From contig CAVPVX010000007.1 in NCBI GenBank assembly GCA_963709345.1, forward strand, positions 160,001 through 224,000: a stretch of 64,000 bases of DNA. The letters run 5' to 3'. Made by a program: the position numbers and the translations under genes. The notes below the pieces were generated by a model, which was not told the DNA's origin, ran no database searches, and saw nothing but the letters and a program-made list of their open reading frames with translations. Source of the stretch: an uncultured Actinomycetes bacterium (GTDB taxonomy: Bacteria; Actinomycetota; Thermoleophilia; UBA2241). Below are positions 39,421 through 47,104 of this stretch, piece by piece; position 1 is the first letter of the stretch, and each line of letters begins with the position of its first letter.

Positions 39421-40321
39421 CTCGTACCTCTCCCTCGAGGGACGGCGAGAGCGTTGCGCTCACTGCCTCCCAGACCTGTGTGATCTCGGTCGCGGCGCGA
39501 CCTCCGTAGTCGATGATGTCGGTCCCGGCCACCTGGGCGTGTGTCACCGAGGGGTCGTAGTCGACGGTGGCGACGAACTCCGCCCCGGTGGCCGTGACCT
39601 CGTCGGTGATCTGGGCGGTGAGGCCTGGGTTGAGATCCGCTTTGTTGATGCAGACGCCAAACGGCAGACCGAACTGCCTGACCACTTGCAGGACGCGCTC
39701 GAGATCGTGGCGCCCCGACACAGTGGGCTCCGTCACGGCCAGCACCAGGTGAGCCCCGGCCAGCGAAGCGATGACGGGACAGCCGATGCCGGGTGAGCCG
39801 TCCACGATGACGAACGGCAGCCCGCGTTCCTCGGCGACGCGACGGGCCTCGTTGCGCACGATCGTCACCAGCTTGCCCGAGTTGTCCTCGGCGACACCGA
39901 GGCACGCGTGCACCAACGGGCCGAAGCGGGTCTCCGACACCATCCAGTCGCCGTTGATCACCGGCTCCATGTGGATCGCCTCCGCGGGACAGACCCGCCG
40001 GCACAACTCACATCCCTCGCAGGCGATGGGATCCACGGTGTACCCGCCGCCGGGGTCGCCGAGCACGGCCGCGAAGCGGCAGACCTCGGCGCAGCGCCCG
40101 CAGGCGGTGCAAGCATCGGCATCGATGATCGCCTGGTTACGGCCGCTGAAGTCGTGACGGTCCCCCGGATCGGGGCGGAGCACGAGATGCAGATCGGCCG
40201 CGTCAACGTCGCAGTCGGCCAGCACTGCGTCGCCGGCGAGCGCGGCGAACCCCGCCACGACGCTGGTCTTGCCGGTGCCGCCCTTGCCGCTGATGACGAC
40301 GAGCTCGCGTGCGGGAGTCAT
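39413..40321 (-). CDS. MinD-like P-loop ATPase with inserted 2x[4Fe-4S] domain (COG1149)
   Basis: SGKGGTGKT, DCDVDA, CTACGRC..C, CEGCELC..CP, NSGKLV, DGSPGIGCPV. Confidence 0.93.
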   Translation of the reverse strand: MTPARELVVISGKGGTGKTSVVAGFAALAGDAVLADCDVDAADLHLVLRPDPGDRHDFSGRNQAIIDADACTACGRCAEVCRFAAVLGDPGGGYTVDPIACEGCELCRRVCPAEAIHMEPVINGDWMVSETRFGPLVHACLGVAEDNSGKLVTIVRNEARRVAEERGLPFVIVDGSPGIGCPVIASLAGAHLVLAVTEPTVSGRHDLERVLQVVRQFGLPFGVCINKADLNPGLTAQITDEVTATGAEFVATVDYDPSVTHAQVAGTDIIDYGGRAATEITQVWEAVSATLSPSLEGEVRDG

Positions 40322-41196
40322 GAGGTCACCTCTTCGCGATGGGCGGCGGCGGCGATGCGCTCCCACGCCGCGCTCAGCTTCGCCTCCAGTTCGGGGACGG
40401 CGTCGATCAGCAGATCGCCCCGAGCGTAGCCCTCGGCGATCCGCCTGTCGTTGGGGACCTCCAATACGATCTGCAGCCCCTCGTCGGCGCAATACTGATG
40501 CACCCGGTCGTCGCCGAGGTCGGCGCGATTCACGGCGACGACGCAGCGCAGGCCCAAGGCGCGCGCCATCTCGACGGCGAGTCTCAGGTCGTGCAGCCCG
40601 AACGGTGTCGGCTCGGTGACGAGGACGACGAGGTCGCTCCCGCGCACTGCCTCTATGACCGGGCAGGATGTGCCCGGCGGCGCGTCGATGAGCACGACAT
40701 CGCCCTCGCCGGCGGCCGCCAGAACGGCGTGCGTCACGGGTACGGCCTTGGCCTCTCCGACGGACAGCACGCCCGTCACGAGCGGGAACGGGGGCCTGCC
40801 GGGCAGCGCGACGACGCCGTGCTCGACCACTCCGGTGTCACGCTCCTCCTCGTGGATGGCGCCTTCGGGACAGAGAAGCGAACAGGCGCCGCACGAATGG
40901 CAGAGCTCGGGAAACACAAGGACGGTCGTCCCGATGAGCGTGACGGCCTTGAAGGCGCACACGTCGGCGCAGACACCGCAGGCGGTGCAGCGGTCGTCGT
41001 CCACCTCGGGGACGAGGACGTTCACCCGTTCGCGGCGCTCGAGCTGCGGATGCAGGAACAGATGGCAGTCCGGCTCCTCGACGTCCGCGTCCAGAAGCCG
41101 GACGGCGACGCCGCGCCCCGAGAGCAGCGCAGCGAGATTGGTCGCGAGCGTGGTCTTACCGGTGCCGCCCTTGCCGCTGGCGATGGCGATCCGCAT
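40318..41196 (-). CDS. MinD-like P-loop ATPase with inserted 2x[4Fe-4S] domain (COG1149)
   Basis: ASGKGGTGKT, DADVEEP, CTACGVC..C, CHSCGAC..CP, DAPPGTSCPV, TEPTPFGLHD. Confidence 0.93.
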   Translation of the reverse strand: MRIAIASGKGGTGKTTLATNLAALLSGRGVAVRLLDADVEEPDCHLFLHPQLERRERVNVLVPEVDDDRCTACGVCADVCAFKAVTLIGTTVLVFPELCHSCGACSLLCPEGAIHEEERDTGVVEHGVVALPGRPPFPLVTGVLSVGEAKAVPVTHAVLAAAGEGDVVLIDAPPGTSCPVIEAVRGSDLVVLVTEPTPFGLHDLRLAVEMARALGLRCVVAVNRADLGDDRVHQYCADEGLQIVLEVPNDRRIAEGYARGDLLIDAVPELEAKLSAAWERIAAAAHREEVTS

Positions 41197-41199
41197 CGC

Positions 41200-41673
41200 T
41201 CAGACCTCGGCCATCGCGAAGACACCGTTCGGACAGGCGTCGACGCAGATGCCGCACCCGGTACACCGGGTCGCGTCCACCACCGGGGCCTCGCCCAGCG
41301 TGATGGCGCCGCGCGCGCAGGCGTCGAGGCAGGCCTCGCACAGCGAACACCCGTCGGCGTCGGCCACGACCGCCACGAAACGCGGCCGCTTCACTGCCCT
41401 CGTCGCGGGCGCGGCGCCCGCGGGCGCGAGCGCGCCCGAGGGCGCCGGATCGGCCGCAGGCGGTGAAGCCGTGACCGGCACGGACGCCGGCGCGGGATCC
41501 CGCGGCGCCGGAGCGACGCCTGCGCCGCGGCCCACGCCGCGGCCGCTGCCGTCCCGCCGGCGTTCGCGAACGCCCTGGCCGCCGCCCTGACCGCGGCCGC
41601 CGCCGGCACCGCGTCCGGCACCCGACCCGCGGCCGCCGCCGCGGCCGCCGCCGCCTCCGCCGCCCGTCATCAC
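41200..41673 (-). CDS. 2x[4Fe-4S] ferredoxin with Gly/Arg-rich N-terminus
   Basis: CSLCEACLDAC and CTGCGICVDACP. Confidence 0.85.
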   Translation of the reverse strand: MMTGGGGGGGRGGGRGSGAGRGAGGGRGQGGGQGVRERRRDGSGRGVGRGAGVAPAPRDPAPASVPVTASPPAADPAPSGALAPAGAAPATRAVKRPRFVAVVADADGCSLCEACLDACARGAITLGEAPVVDATRCTGCGICVDACPNGVFAMAEV

Positions 41674-41993
41674 GACTGTCCTGCCGCCTCGAGCCGGTCG
41701 AGGCGCTCGAGCACGTCGCCGAGCGCCTTCTCGATGCGGTCGAGCGGATTGCCCGGAGCCGGCGCGGCTGCGGCCTGCGCGTCGCCCGCCGGCGCGGTCT
41801 CACTCTGCGCGGCGCGCTGCCAGCCGGTGAGTCCCGTCGCGTGGTACTGGTTGCGCCGGCCGTAGCCGCCGCCCCGGCCGCGACCCATGCCGGCGCCGCG
41901 ACCCGCGCCCGGTACATCGGTCGCGCACCAGCCGCGCTTGCCTCCCGTCATCGAGCCGTAGCCCACGGGTCCTGTGCCGTCCATCCCTGGCAT
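41670..41993 (-). CDS. DUF5320-family protein
   Basis: MPGMDGTGPVGYGSMTGGKRGWC signature, Gly-rich middle, C-terminal coiled coil; GGAGG RBS. Confidence 0.85.
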   Translation of the reverse strand: MPGMDGTGPVGYGSMTGGKRGWCATDVPGAGRGAGMGRGRGGGYGRRNQYHATGLTGWQRAAQSETAPAGDAQAAAAPAPGNPLDRIEKALGDVLERLDRLEAAGQS

Positions 41994-42041
41994 GACGCCT
42001 CCCTCCGTCGGCGGCGATCGGGCGCCGCCGGTCACGTTGTT

Positions 42042-42083
42042 ATGAGCATATGCCCATATTACACCATTGCAGCGCCGTTTCAA
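42042..42083 (-). promoter_or_regulatory. Sigma70-type promoter (TTGAAA-N16-TAATAT) overlapped by palindrome ATGAGCATATGCCCAT
   Basis: Heads the DUF5320..NifX operon; same geometry as the 36680 site. Confidence 0.7.
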
Positions 42084-42244
42084 ACACCGCAGTGAGGCGA
42101 TCTGCTCCCGGCGGTGGACGCCTCGCCGTCGACGCCTTCACGCAGCGGCCGCCGCCCCACTGCCGTCAAGCCGATGTGGCCGCAGTCCGATGAACGGGTA
42201 CGAAGTCACCCACAGGAGCCAACCAAGTCCCCGGAGGGAGTCTC

Positions 42245-42919
42245 ATGGATGTGGAGTTCCAGAACGGCCCGGCCTTCACCGTCGCAGTGGTGAAGATGAC
42301 CCCCGGCGAGCAGCTGCGCGCCGAGGGAGGCGCGATGCTCAGCATGACCACCGGCACGCAGATCGAGACGACCACGCAGGGCGGGGTCCTGAAGGGCCTC
42401 AAGCGCTCGCTCTCGGGCGAGTCGTTCTTCATGAACACCTTCACGGCGCCCGCCACCGGCGGCGAGATGGTGCTGGCCCACGCCCTGCCCGGCGACATGT
42501 CGTACATCGACCAGCAGGGCGACACGTGGCTGTACCACAGGGACGGCTTCGTCGCCTCCGAGATGTCGATCGACCTCGACACCAAGTGGGGCGGCCTCAA
42601 GGGCGCCTTCGGGGCCTCGTCGTTCTTCGTCGTCAAGTGCTCGGGACGCGGCAAAGTGATCTTCGCGACCTACGGGGCCCTTCGCCGCGTCGACCTCGAA
42701 GCCGGGCAGCAGTACACGGTCGACAGCGGGCACCTCGTGGCGTGGCACGAGGCGATGCCCATCCAGGTGCAGAAGGTCGGCGGCCTCAAGTCGCTCTTCT
42801 TCTCCGGGGAGGGCTTCGTCGTCACGCTCACCGGCCCGGGCACCTTCTTCATGCAGACCCGCAGCGAGTCGGCGTTCGTGAGCTGGCTGGTCCCGTACCT
42901 GCCGAAGAGCAGCAACTGA
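42245..42919 (+). CDS. AIM24/TIGR00266-family protein
   Basis: LRAEGGAM, GESFFMNTF, VDSGHLVAW, SGEGFV..GPG..QTR. Confidence 0.92.
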   Translation: MDVEFQNGPAFTVAVVKMTPGEQLRAEGGAMLSMTTGTQIETTTQGGVLKGLKRSLSGESFFMNTFTAPATGGEMVLAHALPGDMSYIDQQGDTWLYHRDGFVASEMSIDLDTKWGGLKGAFGASSFFVVKCSGRGKVIFATYGALRRVDLEAGQQYTVDSGHLVAWHEAMPIQVQKVGGLKSLFFSGEGFVVTLTGPGTFFMQTRSESAFVSWLVPYLPKSSN

Positions 42920-43174
42920 CGATCACGCGCCGAGCGATCAGTCGCGCGATTGCGCAGGCGCCCGCTGCGATCGCGGCGCGGAGAGGGCAGCCCGGAGAGC
43001 AGGTTGAGGCGCGGGAGTCAGTGGCACGAGTGGGACGTCTCCACGAAGCGTGCCAAGCGGCCCGGCCGCGCCTGGACCCACAAGGCCATGCATCACCCCG
43101 CGACCCGGATCGGCGAGATGAGACACGGGAAGTCGTGACCGCGGCAGCCGCTCGCCGGGGAGGGACGCGTGCAA

Positions 43175-43206
43175 AGGGCCCGGCGGCCTCGCGGCCGCCG
43201 GGCCCT
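43175..43206 (-). terminator. Intrinsic terminator of the flavoprotein gene
   Basis: 14-bp stem AGGGCCCGGCGGCC/GGCCGCCGGGCCCT, GCGA loop and short T run on the minus strand. Confidence 0.7.
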
Positions 43207-43219
43207 GTACCGCCGATGG

Positions 43220-43798
43220 TCAGGCGTTCAGCTTCTTGAGCGTCCAGGCCATGGTCCGGCCTAGAGTCGCCATCGTCGCCAGGCCTTCCTCGTCGTTCTC
43301 GACGTCGCCGGCCTCACGGCCGATGCCGATGTTCCAGTAGCTCGAGCCGACGAGGATCATCTCGTTGATGCCGAACCAGTGGTTGATGCTGTCGAAAGCG
43401 TGGATGGCCCCTCCGCGCCTGGCGGCGACCACGGCCGCACCCACCTTGCGCGCCAGCGGGTTGCCGCTCTTGCGCGTCGCGTACCCGGCGCGTTCCATCA
43501 ACGCCTGCGTGTTCGTGGTGCAGTTGGCGTAGTACGTCGGTGAGCCGATGAGGATGCCGTCCGCAGCGACCATCTTCTCGATGCACGCGTTCATGCCGTC
43601 GTCCTTGAGCCCCGAGCAGCTGTTGTCCTTGGTCTCGGCGCACTTGAGACAGGCGTTGCAGCCGGCGAAACGCTTGTTGTTGAGCTGGATGAGCTCGGTC
43701 TCGATTCCCTCGGCCTCGAGCTCGGCGAACACGCGCCGCAACAGGATGGCGGTGTTGCCGTCCTTGCGAGTGCTGCCGTTGAACGCCACAACCTTCAT
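43220..43798 (-). CDS. Iron-sulfur flavoprotein (Isf)/NADPH-dependent FMN reductase family
   Basis: FNGSTRKDGNT, CNACLKC..C compact Cys motif, GSPTYY. Confidence 0.9.
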   Translation of the reverse strand: MKVVAFNGSTRKDGNTAILLRRVFAELEAEGIETELIQLNNKRFAGCNACLKCAETKDNSCSGLKDDGMNACIEKMVAADGILIGSPTYYANCTTNTQALMERAGYATRKSGNPLARKVGAAVVAARRGGAIHAFDSINHWFGINEMILVGSSYWNIGIGREAGDVENDEEGLATMATLGRTMAWTLKKLNA

Positions 43799-43882
43799 CA
43801 CGCCTCCATCTCTTGGTTCGTCCATCGTCCGGGGTCCGGAGCGCGCCCGTCAGGCGGTTGTCCCCGGCTCCGGCATACCGGT

Positions 43883-44452
43883 CTACACGACCTCGAGAGC
43901 GCCGATCAGGTCGGCCATGTGCCTCTGGGCCTCGCGTGCCGTGCACGAGACACCCGGCAGCGGGAAGGCGAAGACACGCCGGCCGAAGGTGCGCATGAGG
44001 TCGTCGTTGAAGCCGTACGTGCTCTTGTGCTCCCAGCCGAAGGAGTAGCGGAGCACCTTGTCCAGCGATCCCTTGTACACGAAGACGAGGATGCGCGGCC
44101 GCAATGTGGCGGCGAGCACGTTCACCCGCTCCCAGCCGCACTCGTATTCGTCCCGGCCGGGCTCGTCCCCGAAGGGGCGCGGCACTTTGCAGAGGTCGGT
44201 GACCCCGAACCCGTGCTCGAGCAGCGTGTCGTCGGCGAAGCTACCGGGCCGGACGTGCAGCAGCCCGGCGTCCGCGAGCCGCTTCCAGAGGCCCTTGCCC
44301 ATCCGCCCCTCGAAGTAGTGCCCCGCCTCGACGCTCGCCGGCGAAGGAGTCTTGCCGATGAACAGCGCCCGCAGGGTGCCTTGCTCCGGCAGGATGTCGG
44401 CGAGCGTCGCCACCTCGTGCCCGTCCACGCTGATCCGCGTGAGATGTGTCAT
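43883..44452 (-). CDS. Uracil-DNA glycosylase superfamily, MUG/TDG-like
   Basis: LADILPE..LFIGKTPSPAS..GHYF, GFGVTDLC; ATGA-coupled to the DUF2779 gene. Confidence 0.75.
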   Translation of the reverse strand: MTHLTRISVDGHEVATLADILPEQGTLRALFIGKTPSPASVEAGHYFEGRMGKGLWKRLADAGLLHVRPGSFADDTLLEHGFGVTDLCKVPRPFGDEPGRDEYECGWERVNVLAATLRPRILVFVYKGSLDKVLRYSFGWEHKSTYGFNDDLMRTFGRRVFAFPLPGVSCTAREAQRHMADLIGALEVV

Positions 44453-45849
44453 GACGACGGGGAGCCCGAGCCGGCGAGCCTGTGCGCGACGCGCATCAGA
44501 GCGAGCGTGTCGAGGGCACAGTACTCCAGCAACGAATCTCGCAGGGCCGCGCGGCGCTCGTCGGAGGTCTCCGCGTCGATAGCCTCGTGGTAGGCGGCCT
44601 GAGCCGACAGACCGTCCCGCACCTCGTCGAGCAGGGCGTGGCCGAGGCCGGAGTCAACGGTCGGCAGGACCGCCTTGAGCGAGTACGACCCGTTCAAAGC
44701 CGGGTGCTGGTAGTGATCGCGCGTCAGACGCAGCAGGTCGACAAGTCGCCCGGTGACGGCCTCGAGACCGGGCGCCAGGTCGGGGAACATGCGCGCCATC
44801 TCGACGAGGCGCCACTTCTCGAAGTCGTGATAGACGAAGATCGGCCCCCTGTCGCCGACGGCCTCGAGCAGCGCCTCCGCCGCGGCGCGCATCGGCGCGT
44901 CTCCGCCGGTGTCGAGGAACGCGCTGTGCGTGACCGCCCCCGCGTGATCCTCGACGTGACACGACCACTGGAAGACCAACTGCTGATAGGGGCTCGTCCC
45001 GGCCCAGCGCGGCACCGCGAACTGCACGGTCTCGAAGTCGACGTAGTAGCGCGGGTACGAGAGCGTCGCGAGAAAGGCCGCGGCGGCCGGATCGAGGATC
45101 CCGAGCGCAGGGTCGGGCGCCTGCGGGACGCAGGCGCCCGCAGGGTCGCGCTCCTCGTCCGGACCACAGCGCGGCTTGCCTTCCTGCTCCTCGCAGAACG
45201 CGATGAAGGGGCATTCGAACGGGCGGCGGCATTGGGGGCCGGTGCGGATCGCCGGCAGCGGGCCGCCGAGCAGCTCGTTGAAGCCGCGCACCCAGCCCGG
45301 GATGTGCGCCATCAGAGGGCGCGCCTGGTCCGCCACCGGGATCTCGCGCAGCAAGCCGTGATAGTCCCCGTCGCCGGGGTACACGTAGCCGGTGTCGATC
45401 ACTGCGACGCTCATGCCGTCCAGCGGCACGCCCGATCCCTCGGCGACCCAGCCTTGGATGGCCACATCCTGCAGGTGATACTCCTTGAGGCGCGTCGCCG
45501 ACTTGACCTCGACCATGCGGTAACGCCCACCGCGACGCTGCAGCACATCGGCCCGGATGAGCACGCCGCGATGGCGGAACGTCGCCTCGAAGAGGGTGAC
45601 GTCGCCGGCCTCGGCCAGCGCGTCTTCGGTCTGGCTCAGCGCGCGGCTGAGCGGGACGCCTTCGCCGACGAGAGTGCCGTCGCCGTACAGCTCCCGCGCG
45701 ACCTCGCCGACGCCGTGCCCCGCCGCGAAGCGGCGCCGCGTGTCGGCGCTGTACTCCTCGAGCTCGGGACGATGGATGGCAAGCCACAGCCGCTTGCCGC
45801 ATTGGAGGCCGGCGGTGATCCGTGACTTGGAGAGGCGGAAGGTGCGCAC
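44449..45849 (-). CDS. DUF2779-containing PD-(D/E)XK nuclease / RNase H-like fusion
   Basis: LSKS..GLQCGKRLWL, RADVL..EVKS..DVAIQ, C..PFECPF..C, VDFET..FQWSCH, GSYSLKAVLP, LLEYCALDT. Confidence 0.82.
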   Translation of the reverse strand: MRTFRLSKSRITAGLQCGKRLWLAIHRPELEEYSADTRRRFAAGHGVGEVARELYGDGTLVGEGVPLSRALSQTEDALAEAGDVTLFEATFRHRGVLIRADVLQRRGGRYRMVEVKSATRLKEYHLQDVAIQGWVAEGSGVPLDGMSVAVIDTGYVYPGDGDYHGLLREIPVADQARPLMAHIPGWVRGFNELLGGPLPAIRTGPQCRRPFECPFIAFCEEQEGKPRCGPDEERDPAGACVPQAPDPALGILDPAAAAFLATLSYPRYYVDFETVQFAVPRWAGTSPYQQLVFQWSCHVEDHAGAVTHSAFLDTGGDAPMRAAAEALLEAVGDRGPIFVYHDFEKWRLVEMARMFPDLAPGLEAVTGRLVDLLRLTRDHYQHPALNGSYSLKAVLPTVDSGLGHALLDEVRDGLSAQAAYHEAIDAETSDERRAALRDSLLEYCALDTLALMRVAHRLAGSGSPSS

Positions 45850-45913
45850 ATGACCCATTGTATCCCTCTTCGACCCTCCGGGCTCCGTCCAGAGCCTGTG
45901 GTAGTGTCGCGAC

Positions 45914-47104
45914 ATGAGGCTCATCCACACGGCCGACTGGCACCTGGGGCGGCTCTTCCACAACGTCCACCTCACTCAGGACCAGGAGTACGTGCTCAGA
46001 CAACTCGTGGCCCTCGTGGCCGAGGTGAAACCGGCCGCCGTGCTCGTCGCCGGCGACCTGTACGATCGCGCCGTCCCCCCGACCGAAGCGGTCGACCTTC
46101 TCGACGACGTCCTCACAGAGATCGTCGTCGGACGCGGTGTCCCCGTCATCGCCATCGCCGGCAACCACGACAGCGCCGTGCGCGTGGGGTTCGCCTCGGC
46201 GCTGCTGCGCGAACGCGGCCTGCACCTGGTCGGCGAGCTGCCGCAGGCGGCCTCGCCCGTCATGCTGCGCGACGACCACGGGCCGGTCCACATCCACACG
46301 CTGCCCTTCGCCGACCCGGCCGAGGCCCGCCACGCCTACGGTGACGACACGATCCACGACCAGCAAGCCGTGGTCGCGGCCGGCGTCGCGCGGGCGCTCG
46401 CGGCGACCCCCGTCGCGGAACGCCGCGTCGCCGTGGCGCACGCCTTCGTCACCGGCGCGCTCGAGAGCGAGAGCGAGCGGCCGCTCAGCGTCGGCGGCGC
46501 GTCGCAGGTGCCCGCCGCCGTCTTCGACGGCTTTGAGTACGCCGCCCTCGGTCACCTTCACCGCCCGCAGCGCTGCGGCCGCGACGCCGTCCGCTACGCC
46601 GGCTCGCTGCTCAAGTATTCGTTCGCCGAGCACGCTCACGAGAAGTCGGTCACCGTCCTGGACATCGGCGCCCCCGGCAGCGCCGGCGGCGAGGCAGGCG
46701 CCGCCGGCCGCGCGCGCGTCGACCTGGAGTCCGTACCGCTCACTCCCCGGCGCGATGTGCGCCGGCTCGAGGGCACCCTCGCCGACCTCGTCGCTCAGGC
46801 CGCTGCCGACCCGCACCGCGACGACTACGTCCAGGCCGCCCTGCTCGACTGCGGCGCCCTGCTCGACCCCATCGGCCGCCTGCGCGCAGGCTACCCGAAC
46901 ACCCTCTCGATCGAGCGGCCGCTCTACCAGGCGGCCGGAGCCGGCGGTGAGCGCCGTCCACGACCGGGCAGCGTCGGCGACCTCGAGCTCTTCGGCGCGT
47001 TCTTCGACTACGCCACCGGTGAGGTCCTCGACGCGCCGCAGCGCGAGGCGCTCGCGGCGGTGGTCGACCGGCTCGAGCGTCGCCGGCGCGAGGCTCCGGG
47101 ATGA
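45914..47104 (+). CDS. sbcD: SbcD/Mre11 nuclease
   Basis: HTADWHLG, AGDLYD, GNHDS, AHAF, ALGHLH, YAGSLLKYSF. Confidence 0.95.
   Translation: MRLIHTADWHLGRLFHNVHLTQDQEYVLRQLVALVAEVKPAAVLVAGDLYDRAVPPTEAVDLLDDVLTEIVVGRGVPVIAIAGNHDSAVRVGFASALLRERGLHLVGELPQAASPVMLRDDHGPVHIHTLPFADPAEARHAYGDDTIHDQQAVVAAGVARALAATPVAERRVAVAHAFVTGALESESERPLSVGGASQVPAAVFDGFEYAALGHLHRPQRCGRDAVRYAGSLLKYSFAEHAHEKSVTVLDIGAPGSAGGEAGAAGRARVDLESVPLTPRRDVRRLEGTLADLVAQAAADPHRDDYVQAALLDCGALLDPIGRLRAGYPNTLSIERPLYQAAGAGGERRPRPGSVGDLELFGAFFDYATGEVLDAPQREALAAVVDRLERRRREAPG

Noticed and set aside
42920-43170. Short ORFs or an ncRNA in the gap after AIM24
   Set aside because: No RBS-supported, protein-like ORF and no recognisable RNA fold
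44449-45849. Cas4-like motifs as a sign of CRISPR-Cas
   Set aside because: No repeat-spacer array or other cas genes in the window
30360-45914. Additional LexA boxes before dinG or sbcD
   Set aside because: No GAAC-N4-GTTC match seen in those upstream regions
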